This document shows positions 49,041 to 58,067 of a DNA stretch of 64,000 bases, in pieces. Where the stretch lies: contig CAWGYD010000001.1 of the NCBI GenBank assembly GCA_963826785.1, forward strand, positions 672,001-736,000, in the 5' to 3' direction. The position numbers and the translations under genes were made by a program. This DNA is from an uncultured delta proteobacterium. Its GTDB lineage: Bacteria > Desulfobacterota > Desulfobacteria > Desulfobacterales > Desulfosalsimonadaceae. The notes below the pieces were generated by a model that saw only the letters and a list, made by a program, of their open reading frames with translations, had not been told where the DNA came from and did not search any database. Position 1 is the stretch's first letter; the number at the start of each line of letters is the position of its first letter.

Positions 49041-49727
49041 ATGCAGTTGAGCGTCCGGGATGCCGCAAGAATCCTCAATGTTTCGGATAAAACCATCTAC
49101 CGGTGGATTCAGCAGGGCCGCCTCCCCGCCTACAAAATAAACGAACAGATCCGGTTTAACAAGACGGAACTGCTCGAATGGGCCATGGCCCGGAAGATCA
49201 ATGTCCCGGTGGGCATTTTCGACGGGGAGGCCGCTGCCGACGCGCCCCTGCCGGCCCTTGGCGACGCCTTGCGGTCCGGCGGCATCTTCTACCGGATCGA
49301 CGGGCACGATGTCGCCTCGGTGCTCAAATCGGTAGTCGCCCTCATGCCGCTGCCGCCCATCGCCGACCGCGATTTCCTCTACCAGGTGCTCCTGGCCCGG
49401 GAATCCCTGGGTTCCACCGGCATCGGGGGCGGGATCTCGATTCCCCATGCCCGCAATCCCATTGTCATGCATGTGGATCACCCCATGATCACGCTGTGTT
49501 TCCTGGAAGACCCGGTCGATTTCAACGCCATCGACGGCCGGCCGGTTCATACCCTCTTTGTCATGGTCAGCCCGATTTTAAGGGCGCATCTTCATCTGAT
49601 CTCCCGGGTGGCTTTTGCCCTCAAGCAGGACGCCTTCATGGAGGCGATCATAGAGCAGAAAAGCCGGGAAGATATCTACAGGGCCGCAGCCGGAGTCGAT
49701 TCGATGCTTGCGGTGGAACGAAAATGA
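49041..49727 (+). CDS. Excisionase-type HTH fused to a PTS EIIA domain
   Basis: LSVRDAARILNVSDKTIYRW...LPAYKI...RF HTH; EIIA motifs RESLGSTGIGGGISIPHAR (phospho-His) and FNAIDGRPV. Confidence 0.9.
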   Translation: MQLSVRDAARILNVSDKTIYRWIQQGRLPAYKINEQIRFNKTELLEWAMARKINVPVGIFDGEAAADAPLPALGDALRSGGIFYRIDGHDVASVLKSVVALMPLPPIADRDFLYQVLLARESLGSTGIGGGISIPHARNPIVMHVDHPMITLCFLEDPVDFNAIDGRPVHTLFVMVSPILRAHLHLISRVAFALKQDAFMEAIIEQKSREDIYRAAAGVDSMLAVERK

Positions 49728-51724
49728 GGGAGCGGCTGTTTCTGTTTTCTCTCGGGCTGTTTTTGCTGACCGGGATTGTTTCCCTTGCCGGAAGCAAAAT
49801 GAACCCGGCCATCGGCCGCTGGGTCCGGACGATCCTGGGGAGCGCCGCGGCAATCATCGGGATGGTCCCGGCCTTAAATGTTCTTTTGGGGGGATCGCCG
49901 ATAGATATTCGTTTTGCCTGGAATCTCCCCATCGGCTCCTTTCATCTCCGCATGGATCTTCTTTCCGCCTGGTTTGTGGTGGCCGTGCTGTTCATCACCG
50001 CATTGGCCGCTATTTACGGCACCGGGTATATGCAGGGGCGGGAATCGCGCAGGGGGTTCGGGTTCAACGGGTTTTGCTACCAGATGCTGGCCATCGGAAT
50101 GGTGCTGACGCTCACCGCGTTTGACGGCGTTCTCTTCCTGCTTTCCTGGGAAATCATGTCCATGGCGGCCTGGTTCCTGGTGATGTTCGAGCATGAAAAG
50201 GCGCCGGTGCGGCAGGCCGGGTGGATCTACCTGGCCGCCACCCATTTGGGCACCGCTTTCCTGTTCGCGATGTTTTTGATCTTCAACAGCGGGTCGGGAT
50301 CATTTGATTTTTCGGCCATTTCCGGAACTGCGGTTTCCGCCGACCTGATCTTTTCCCTGGCCCTGGTGGGTTTCGGCACGAAGGCGGGTTTCTTCGGCCT
50401 CCATGTCTGGCTTCCCGAGGCCCACCCCGCAGCGCCCTCACACGTGTCGGCCCTGATGAGCGGCGTGATGATCAAGACCGGAATCTACGGACTGATCCGG
50501 GTGATGACCTTTTTTTCCGCCTGGCCCGAATGGTGGGGATGGATGCTGGTGGCTGCGGGGATCGTATCCGGCCTGGGCGGCGTTCTCTATGCCCTGGTGC
50601 AGCATGACCTCAAACGCCTTCTTGCCTATCACAGCGTGGAAAACATCGGGATTATCGCCATGGGGCTGGGGATCGGGGCCATCGGGGTCAGCCGGGGCCT
50701 GTACTGGCTGGCGGTGCCGGCCCTGGCCGGCGCCCTGCTTCATGTGTGGAACCATGCGATCTTCAAATCGGCGCTCTTCATGGGGGCCGGTGCGGTGGTC
50801 CATGCCGCCGGCACCCGGGAAATCGACCGCCTGGGGGGACTGGGTAAACGGATGCCACTCACCTCGCTGGTCTTTCTGGTTTCCGCAGCCGCCATCTGCG
50901 GCCTCCCGCCGTTAAACGGCTTTGTCAGTGAGCTGCTGATCTATCTGGCGGCATTCGGCGCAATTTCCCAGGCCGGAGGATCTCCTGGCCGGATGGTCCT
51001 TGGCGGTTTTGCCGTGATTGCGGCCCTGGCCCTGATCGGCGGACTGGCGGCCGCCTGCTTTACCAAGGTCTACGGGGTGGTTTTTCTCGGGGAACCGCGG
51101 CATGCCGGCAAAAAACCGATACACGAAGCACGATGGCGCATGATCGGGCCCATGCTGATTCTGGCCGGCGCATGCGTTGCCGTCGGGATGGGTGGTTTTT
51201 TCATCGTCGGCAAGATGGGGCCGGTGGTGGCGGCGGTTTCCCCCGCCGGTTTTACCGGGACCCTGCCGGCCGTTCCGCTGGGCCGGGCATCGGCGATCCT
51301 GGCACGGGTCACTCTGGCCGCAGGGGCGCTGCTGCTCATCGGTATTCTCCTGACCCTGCTTCGAAAAAAATTGCTGTCCGGCCGGTCCCGGGTGTCCGCC
51401 CCCACCTGGGGATGCGGCTACACCCGGCCGACCCCCCGGATGCAGTATACCGGGGCGTCATTTGTCCAGCCCCTGATGTCGGCCTTTGCCTTCATGTTCC
51501 CGGGTAGACACGCGCAGGTGCCGGTTGCGGGGTACTTCCCGGAGGGGGGCGCCCTTTCAACCCATACGGATGATCCGCTCATGAAGTGCGTATACGGCCC
51601 GCTTTTCATAAAAGTGGCGGTCGTTTTTTCGAAGTTCAGGCGCATCCAGCACGGCCGCCTCCACCTTTACCTGCTTCAGATGATCATCACCCTCGCGGCC
51701 ATCATCTGCTGGAGTTTCCTATGA
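49724..51724 (+). CDS. hyfB: Hydrogenase-related (Ehr) complex, antiporter-like membrane subunit, HyfB-like
   Basis: WEIMS, GTKAG, HVWLPEAHPAAPSHVSALMSG, DLKRLLAYHSVENIG, NHAIFK, PPLNGFVSE and TWGCGY. ATG overlaps the EIIA stop. Confidence 0.88.
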   Translation: MRERLFLFSLGLFLLTGIVSLAGSKMNPAIGRWVRTILGSAAAIIGMVPALNVLLGGSPIDIRFAWNLPIGSFHLRMDLLSAWFVVAVLFITALAAIYGTGYMQGRESRRGFGFNGFCYQMLAIGMVLTLTAFDGVLFLLSWEIMSMAAWFLVMFEHEKAPVRQAGWIYLAATHLGTAFLFAMFLIFNSGSGSFDFSAISGTAVSADLIFSLALVGFGTKAGFFGLHVWLPEAHPAAPSHVSALMSGVMIKTGIYGLIRVMTFFSAWPEWWGWMLVAAGIVSGLGGVLYALVQHDLKRLLAYHSVENIGIIAMGLGIGAIGVSRGLYWLAVPALAGALLHVWNHAIFKSALFMGAGAVVHAAGTREIDRLGGLGKRMPLTSLVFLVSAAAICGLPPLNGFVSELLIYLAAFGAISQAGGSPGRMVLGGFAVIAALALIGGLAAACFTKVYGVVFLGEPRHAGKKPIHEARWRMIGPMLILAGACVAVGMGGFFIVGKMGPVVAAVSPAGFTGTLPAVPLGRASAILARVTLAAGALLLIGILLTLLRKKLLSGRSRVSAPTWGCGYTRPTPRMQYTGASFVQPLMSAFAFMFPGRHAQVPVAGYFPEGGALSTHTDDPLMKCVYGPLFIKVAVVFSKFRRIQHGRLHLYLLQMIITLAAIICWSFL

Positions 51725-52635
51725 CGGAAAACACGATCATCCCGCCCGTTCTTGCCCTTCTTTTCGCCCCGCTCATGCGCTCGGTGATCAACCGGACCAA
51801 GGCGGTTTTTTCCGGAAAAGCCGGGCCGCCCATGCTGCAGCCCTACTATGAACTGGCCAAGCTTTTCCGGAAAGGGGCCGTCTACAGCAGCGTTTCCGGA
51901 TGGGCGATCCGCACCGGCCCGATCGTTTACCTGGCCGCCATCCTGGTGGCGCTTTTTCTGGTCCCCATCGGCGGGGCGGGTGCCCCGGTCCGTTTTTCCG
52001 GGGATATGATCCTGTTCGTCTATCTTTTGGGGCTGGGGCGGTTTTTCATGATCGTTTCGGCCATGGATGCCGGTTCCAGTTTCGAGGGGATGGGCGCCAG
52101 CCGGGAAGCCTTTTACTCTGCCCTGGCCGAACCGTCCCTCCTGGTCGGACTCGGCGGACTGGCCGCCATCACCGGCGCCATTTCCCTGACCCCGATCTAT
52201 GCCGGAATCAACCACAAGGTCATGTCCGGCGGATTCGCCCCCGCGCTGGTCTTTATCGCCCTGGCCTTCCTGATCGTCTTTCTGACCGAAAACGCCCGGA
52301 TACCCGTGGATGACCCCACCACCCACCTGGAACTGACCATGATCCATGAGGTCATGATCCTGGATCATTGCGGCATCGATCTTGCGATGATGGAATATGC
52401 GGGATCGCTGAAGCTCTGGGTGTTCGGGCTCCTGATCACCGGGATTCTTCTGCCGGTCCGCACCGGTGCTCCCCTGGTCGACGCCGGTGCCGGAATTTCC
52501 GGCCTGTTTGTTCTGGCCGTGATCATCGGCATCATCGAATCGTCCATGGCCCGGCTGAAGCTGGTCCGCATCCCCCTGCTGCTGGCCTGCGCCTTCGTCC
52601 TGTCCGCGTCTGGGATCATCTGGATCGTGAGGTAA
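51721..52635 (+). CDS. hyfC: Ehr complex NuoH-like membrane subunit (HyfC/HycD-like)
   Basis: GPPMLQPYYELAKL, FEGMGASRE and ENARIPVDDPTTHLELTMIHE. Confidence 0.88.
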   Translation: MTENTIIPPVLALLFAPLMRSVINRTKAVFSGKAGPPMLQPYYELAKLFRKGAVYSSVSGWAIRTGPIVYLAAILVALFLVPIGGAGAPVRFSGDMILFVYLLGLGRFFMIVSAMDAGSSFEGMGASREAFYSALAEPSLLVGLGGLAAITGAISLTPIYAGINHKVMSGGFAPALVFIALAFLIVFLTENARIPVDDPTTHLELTMIHEVMILDHCGIDLAMMEYAGSLKLWVFGLLITGILLPVRTGAPLVDAGAGISGLFVLAVIIGIIESSMARLKLVRIPLLLACAFVLSASGIIWIVR

Positions 52636-52640
52636 ACCAA

Positions 52641-53276
52641 ATGGCGGTTCAAGTCACCATCGCATTTCTGATCCTGATCAACCTGCATCTGCTCGGCACC
52701 TCCCGGATGAACGCGCTGATCCGGGCCGTGGCCTGGCAGTCCTTCCTGATCTGCGCCCTGGGCGCCCTGGTCAATCTGGACCGGCTCGAATGGCACGGAT
52801 GGACGATGATTCTCGCAATGTTTACGGTCAAGAGCATGCTTCTGCCCATGCTCATGCGCCGGGCGCTGCGGGAAACCGCCGTAAGACGGGAAGTGGAGCC
52901 GCTTCTGGGGTATGCGCCGTCTCTTTTTGCCGGAGTCGTTCTCATGGCCGTTTCATTCTGGGGCGCGTGGCGGCTTCCCATGCCCCATGCCATCGACCCC
53001 CTGGTGATCGGCTCGGCCCTGTTCACCTTCGGCGTCGGGCTGCTGCTGATCGTCAGCCGCATCAAGGCGATCACCCAGACCATCGGGTACCTGGCCATGG
53101 AAAACGGGATTTCCCTGTTCGGCCTGTCCGCAGCGGTCAGCTATCCGTTGATCGTCGAAATGGGCGTGCTGCTGGATGTTTTCGTGGGGGTCTTCGTCAT
53201 GGGAATCATGATTTTTGACATCAACCGGGAATTCGAAAACATCGACACCCAACGGCTTGCCGCTTTAAAGGATTGA
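52641..53276 (+). CDS. hyfE: Ehr complex membrane subunit HyfE-like
   Basis: RREVEP, KAITQTIGYLAMENGI, VEMGVLLD and INREF. Confidence 0.85.
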   Translation: MAVQVTIAFLILINLHLLGTSRMNALIRAVAWQSFLICALGALVNLDRLEWHGWTMILAMFTVKSMLLPMLMRRALRETAVRREVEPLLGYAPSLFAGVVLMAVSFWGAWRLPMPHAIDPLVIGSALFTFGVGLLLIVSRIKAITQTIGYLAMENGISLFGLSAAVSYPLIVEMGVLLDVFVGVFVMGIMIFDINREFENIDTQRLAALKD

Positions 53277-54736
53277 TCATGATGATGCTGGCACTCCTTC
53301 TGATTCCGTTCATCTCCGGCATTGCCTGCTACTGGATCGCATCGGATCGGATTCGCCGGCAGATCCCGGTGATCGCGGGGCTTGCCTGCCTGGCCGTGAT
53401 CGGGGGGATATGGAAAAGGGGAGGGGACCTGGCCGACGGGAACTGGATCGGCATCGATTCTCTATCTCTCCTGTTTCTGCTCATCAACTCGATTTTGTTC
53501 ACGGCTTCGGCGGTTTACGCCTCGGGATACCTGGAAAAACATGCCCATGCCCCCGACGCGGATCGTCGCTTCTCCCGTGAAGCGATCTTCACCGGCACGC
53601 TTCTGGTTTTTTTGACCACCATGACGCTTGCCATCGCAAGCCGGCACCCGGGCATTTTCTGGATGGCCATCGAGGCGACCACCCTGGCCAGCGCCCCGCT
53701 GATCAGTTTTCAGAGATCCGGCCGGTCCCTGGAGGCTGCCTGGAAATACCTCCTCATCTGCTCCGTTGGAATCGCCCTGGCCCTGATTGGCATCATGGCC
53801 CTGGCCGTGTCTGCGGCTTTCTCACCGGCCATCCGGGAGCTGCCCATGACGTTTTCGTCGCTGGCGGCAAATGCCGGCGCCCTTCAGCCGGTCTGGCTCA
53901 AGGCGGCCTTCGTCTTCATCCTGGTCGGGTTCGGCACCAAGATGGGCCTTGCGCCCATGCACAACTGGCTGCCGGATGCGCACAGCGAAGCCCCTTCCCC
54001 GGTATCGGTGCTCCTTTCCGGGGCGCTGCTCAACTGCGCCTTTTTAGGGATCATCCGGACCAATACCATCCTGGTCCATGCCGGGCTGGGGGAATACAGC
54101 AACCAGCTCCTGCTGGTGCTGGGGATTTTTTCCATGTTTCTGGCCGGGGGATTCATCCTGATGCAGGCCGACTTCAAGCGGCTTTTGGCCTACTCCAGTG
54201 TCGAGCACATGGGGATCCTGGCCGTAGCCCTTGCCGCCGGGAGCCATACCCATGCCGGAGGGATGCTCCATGCCCTCAATCATTCGCTGACCAAGGGGAT
54301 GCTTTTTCTGGTGGCCGGGAACATCCTGGCGGCATATCACACCAAATCCGCCAGGGAAATCAATGGGCTGGTCCGGGGAATGCCGCTGACCGGCATCCTG
54401 TGGATCGCCGGTTTCCTGGCGATATGCGGCGTTCCCCCTTTCGGCACCTTCGTGAGCGAATTTTCCATCCTGACCGGACTGGCCCAGACGGAGCAATGGG
54501 TGTCCATGGTCCTGGTGCTGTCCGCCCTCGGGATCATCTTTGTCGGCATGGCCAGGATCGTCATTCCCATGGCCTACGGAGAGCCGGCCGCAGCCGGGGA
54601 GGCAAGCCTTGCGCTTTCCTGGCAGTCGGCCCTGCCGCCGCTGGTCCTGTGCATCCTGGTCCTGTCCCTTGGTTTTTACATTCCGCCCCCGCTGCAGCGC
54701 CTGATCGAGGCGTCAGCCCGGGTCATCGGAGTCTGA
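53273..54736 (+). CDS. hyfF: Ehr complex antiporter-like membrane subunit HyfF-like
   Basis: WMAIEATTLASAPL, SLEAAWKY, GTKMGLAPMHNWLPDAHSEAP, KRLLAYSSVEHMG and NHSLTK. Confidence 0.88.
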   Translation: MIMMMLALLLIPFISGIACYWIASDRIRRQIPVIAGLACLAVIGGIWKRGGDLADGNWIGIDSLSLLFLLINSILFTASAVYASGYLEKHAHAPDADRRFSREAIFTGTLLVFLTTMTLAIASRHPGIFWMAIEATTLASAPLISFQRSGRSLEAAWKYLLICSVGIALALIGIMALAVSAAFSPAIRELPMTFSSLAANAGALQPVWLKAAFVFILVGFGTKMGLAPMHNWLPDAHSEAPSPVSVLLSGALLNCAFLGIIRTNTILVHAGLGEYSNQLLLVLGIFSMFLAGGFILMQADFKRLLAYSSVEHMGILAVALAAGSHTHAGGMLHALNHSLTKGMLFLVAGNILAAYHTKSAREINGLVRGMPLTGILWIAGFLAICGVPPFGTFVSEFSILTGLAQTEQWVSMVLVLSALGIIFVGMARIVIPMAYGEPAAAGEASLALSWQSALPPLVLCILVLSLGFYIPPPLQRLIEASARVIGV

Positions 54737-54738
54737 TC

Positions 54739-56294
54739 ATGACGCGAAATCCAACACCGGCGTCCATGCCTGATTCAAACGCCCCCGGGATTTTGGTTAT
54801 GCCAAATGAGCCGGACAGGTTTCTGACGGCATATAATGCAGAACCGTTTCCATCAAGTGGAATCCCGGATGTAGACCCGGAGGCCTTCAAAACCGCCGTA
54901 TGTAATGAGGCGGCCGGCGGGATGCGCCTCTGCGCCCTGTTTGCCCGGCCCGAAAAGTCGGCCAACCGGCTGTTTGCCGTTCTTGCGGATGATCGTAATG
55001 GGAGGCTCCTGGCGGCCTCCTGCAGGGTGAAAGAAGAATATGCTTCGCTGACCCCGGAGTGCCCCCAGGCCCATCTGTTTGAGCGGGAAATTTTCGAAAC
55101 CCGCGGCATCCGGCCCCTGGGACATCCCTGGCTCAAGCCGGTACGGTTTCCGAAAAACAGCCGGCATCCGCAGAAGAATATCGGCGAGATCGACTTTTTT
55201 GCCGTCAAGGGGGATGAAATCCACGAGGTGGCGGTGGGCCCGGTGCATGCCGGGGTGATCGAACCGGGCCATTTCCGGTTCCAGTGCCAGGGGGAGATCG
55301 TCCACCACCTGGAAATATCTCTGGGCTACCAGCACCGGGGAATCGAATCGGCTTTTTTAAAGGCGTCCCCGATCCGACGGATTCATTTCATGGAAACCGC
55401 GGCCGGCGACACCACCGCGGGTCACACCACGGCCTACTGCGGAGCCATCGAGTCGCTTTCCGGCTGCCGGGTTCCGGCCCGGGCCCAGGCGATCCGGGGG
55501 ATCGCCCTGGAACTGGAGCGGATCGCCTGCCACATCGGCGATCTCGGTGCCTTGTCCGGCGACGTGGGATTTTTGCCCACGGCCGCCTACTGCGGCCGGA
55601 TCCGGGGAAACGTGCTGAACCTGACCGCCGACCTGTGCGGCAACCGGTTCTCCCGGGGGCTCATCCGTCCCGGCGGGGTGGCCTTCGATGTCGATGGCCA
55701 AATGGCCGACCGGCTCCGGTCGAAACTGGTAAAGATCCGGGAAGATGCCGAAAATGCCATTGAACTGCTATGGGGATCTCCGTCGGTCATGGCCCGGTTC
55801 GAGGGGACCGGAAAGATATTGCCAAAAACGGCTGCCGAGATCGGCCTGGTGGGGCCGGCCGCGCGCGCCTGCGGGATCGAGCATGACGTGCGCAGCGATT
55901 TTCCCTTCGGCATCTATGCCTTTCACCAGATACCGCCCTCCACGACCGATTCCGGCGACGTGTTCGCCCGGGCCATGGTCCGGTGGCTGGAAACCCTGCG
56001 TGCGTTCACGTTCGTGGAGGAAATGCTCCAGGCGCTGCCGGCATCGGATTTTCGGGCCGATCCCGGTCCGCTAAAGCGAGATCACATGGCCGTATCGCTG
56101 ACAGAGGGATGGCGGGGGGAAATCTGCCACGTGGCCGTAACCGATGGGAAAGGGAAATCTCGGATTACAAGATCATCGATCCAAGCTTCCACAACTGGTT
56201 CGGCCTGGCCCTGGCGCTAAGATCCGAGCAGATTTCCGATTTCCCCCTGTGCAACAAGAGTTTCAACCTTTCCTACTGCGGGTTTGATTTGTAG
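54739..56294 (+). pseudogene. Ehr large subunit (HycE/NuoCD-like) lacking NiFe cysteine motifs; frameshift near 56155 (real or sequencing error)
   Basis: HLFERE, VGPVHAGVIEPGHFRF, YQHRGIE, ELERI and EGWRGE are in one frame; DPSFHNW...ISDFPLCNKSFNLSYCGFDL is in the -1 frame. Confidence 0.82.
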
Positions 56295-56318
56295 GAATTC
56301 TGAAAAGGAATTTAAAAA

Positions 56319-57083
56319 TTGTTCCTTGATATTCTTCTTGCCCGGACCCGACAGGGGCATCAGACCATGGCCTATCCGGACGGGCCTTTACCGGAACTGC
56401 CAGAGCGATTTGCCGGCCGTCCCCTTATCGCTTCCTCCGAATGCGCCGGCTGCGCCGGCCCCTGCGAAATTCAATGCCCCACTGGCGCCCTGAAACGCAT
56501 TGGGGGAAACCCGCAGATCGATCTTGGCAAATGCATATTCTGCAGGGATTGCGAACGGTCTTGCCGACAGGGGGCCATCGTTTTCGGCCGGGACCACCGG
56601 CTGGCCGCCGCGGCCAGAAAAGATCTCCTTCTGTCGGAAAAGGGGACGCAGGCCGCCCCGGCGCCGCAAACGCGAGGCGGCGCAAAGCGGTTTCGCAGAT
56701 CTTTTTCCCTCCGGGTGGTGAGCGCAGGCGGATGCGGGGCCTGCGAGGCGGACACGAACGTGCTGACCACCCTGGCCTGGGATCTGAGCCGCTTCGGTAT
56801 CCACTATGCGGCTTCCCCCCGGCACGCCGACGGGATACTTATCACCGGGCCGGTATCGGCCAACATGGCCGAAGCGCTCCGGCAGACCTATGAAGCGGTC
56901 CCGGACCCCAAGTGCGTCATCGCCGTGGGGGCCTGCGCCATATCCGGAGGGATTTATGCCGGCCTGCCCGAGAGCAGCGGCGGATGCAACAAACTGGTTC
57001 CGGTGGATCTCTTCATCCCGGGGTGCCCGCCCCACCCGTTGACCATTTTAGACGGGCTCCTGCGGTTTCTGGGAAGGATCTGA
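56319..57083 (+). CDS. Ehr small subunit: 2x[4Fe-4S] ferredoxin fused to a NuoB/HycG-like domain
   Basis: CAGCAGPCEIQCP and CIFCRDCERSC, then GGCGACE, SPRHADG, GACAISGG and PGCPPHP. Confidence 0.88.
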   Translation: MFLDILLARTRQGHQTMAYPDGPLPELPERFAGRPLIASSECAGCAGPCEIQCPTGALKRIGGNPQIDLGKCIFCRDCERSCRQGAIVFGRDHRLAAAARKDLLLSEKGTQAAPAPQTRGGAKRFRRSFSLRVVSAGGCGACEADTNVLTTLAWDLSRFGIHYAASPRHADGILITGPVSANMAEALRQTYEAVPDPKCVIAVGACAISGGIYAGLPESSGGCNKLVPVDLFIPGCPPHPLTILDGLLRFLGRI

Positions 57084-57091
57084 TGTTTGCG

Positions 57092-58048
57092 CTACACCCG
57101 CAGCCAGGGCATCAGGATCTGTAAAAAACTGAGCGCGGGCAGGGGGGAGAGGCGGTAGGGCCTCTGCCCGATGATGGCGCGGGCCGCCCGGATGCCGCTT
57201 TGGATGGCCGGACCGATGCCCTCGCCCATGTCCAGCGTGGCCAGTCCCGCGGCGTCTCCTGCCAGAAAGGCGTTTTTGAGGCGGATCGGGCCGGTGCGGT
57301 GCTGCAGGTAATAGGGATGCCCCCGGGGATGATATGACCTGCCGCGCACCAGGTGCAGATCGTTTAGTTTTCGGGTGAAATCGTGCCAGTAGGAACCGAT
57401 GTGCTTTTCCCGTTTTTTCAATTCCGAAGCTTTTCCCCCGATCCCCACGTTGACAAAACCATCTGGTTTAGGCACGTACCAGGCATATCCCGGCAGGCGG
57501 TCATCGAAGAACCACAGGCGGCATTCGGGATCGGTGCGGGAATACGGAAATTCTTCTTCCACCGTGGCGATCAGCGATTTTTGGGGGCGTGGACGCACGC
57601 GGCGAAACAGGTTTCGGTACACCGGGCAGAAAGTGCCCCCCGCGCCAACGAGATAGGTGCAGCAAAACCGATCATCGATAATGTAGCCGTTGTTTTCTTC
57701 CCGTATGGATTCAACCCGGTGTTGATCAACCGGAACTTCGGCCCGGGCAAGAAGCCACTGGTCGAATTCATAGCGGCGGATGGAATACTGTCGGGTCCGG
57801 ATGGGCATCGGCCGCTTCCCGAAGCGGCACACCAGCCGGTTGACCCGGATCAGGCCATGGGGATATTTTTCCGGAGAAGTGCCCAGGTGCGCAAAAACTG
57901 ACGGGGTGATCCATCCGGCGCAAAGCTTGGCCCGTGGAAAAGAAGCCTTGTCCAGTATCCGAAAGGAAATGCCGGCATCGCGCAACGTTTTGGCGCAGGC
58001 GGCACCGGCCGGGCCGCCCCCGATGATCAGGACCGTCGATTCGATCAT
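57092..58048 (-). CDS. Geranylgeranyl reductase-family FAD-dependent oxidoreductase
   Basis: IIGGGPAG, FPRAKLCAG, RYEFD, GYAWYVPK, NVGIG and GDAAGL...GEGI. Confidence 0.88.
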   Translation of the reverse strand: MIESTVLIIGGGPAGAACAKTLRDAGISFRILDKASFPRAKLCAGWITPSVFAHLGTSPEKYPHGLIRVNRLVCRFGKRPMPIRTRQYSIRRYEFDQWLLARAEVPVDQHRVESIREENNGYIIDDRFCCTYLVGAGGTFCPVYRNLFRRVRPRPQKSLIATVEEEFPYSRTDPECRLWFFDDRLPGYAWYVPKPDGFVNVGIGGKASELKKREKHIGSYWHDFTRKLNDLHLVRGRSYHPRGHPYYLQHRTGPIRLKNAFLAGDAAGLATLDMGEGIGPAIQSGIRAARAIIGQRPYRLSPLPALSFLQILMPWLRV

Positions 58049-58067
58049 ATAAGAGAATTCCGGCGCA

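Noticed and set aside
49178..49723. N-terminal extension of the hyfB-like ORF
   Set aside because: It is an out-of-frame shadow of the HTH-EIIA gene; the real ATG overlaps its stop at 49724. The same applies to the extensions at 51586, 52368 and 54400.
56146..56157. GGGAAAG as a lambda-type programmed -1 frameshift site
   Set aside because: The heptamer is out of phase (codons read GGG AAA, not G GGA AAG), so tandem tRNA slippage does not fit, and no role for a truncated product is apparent.
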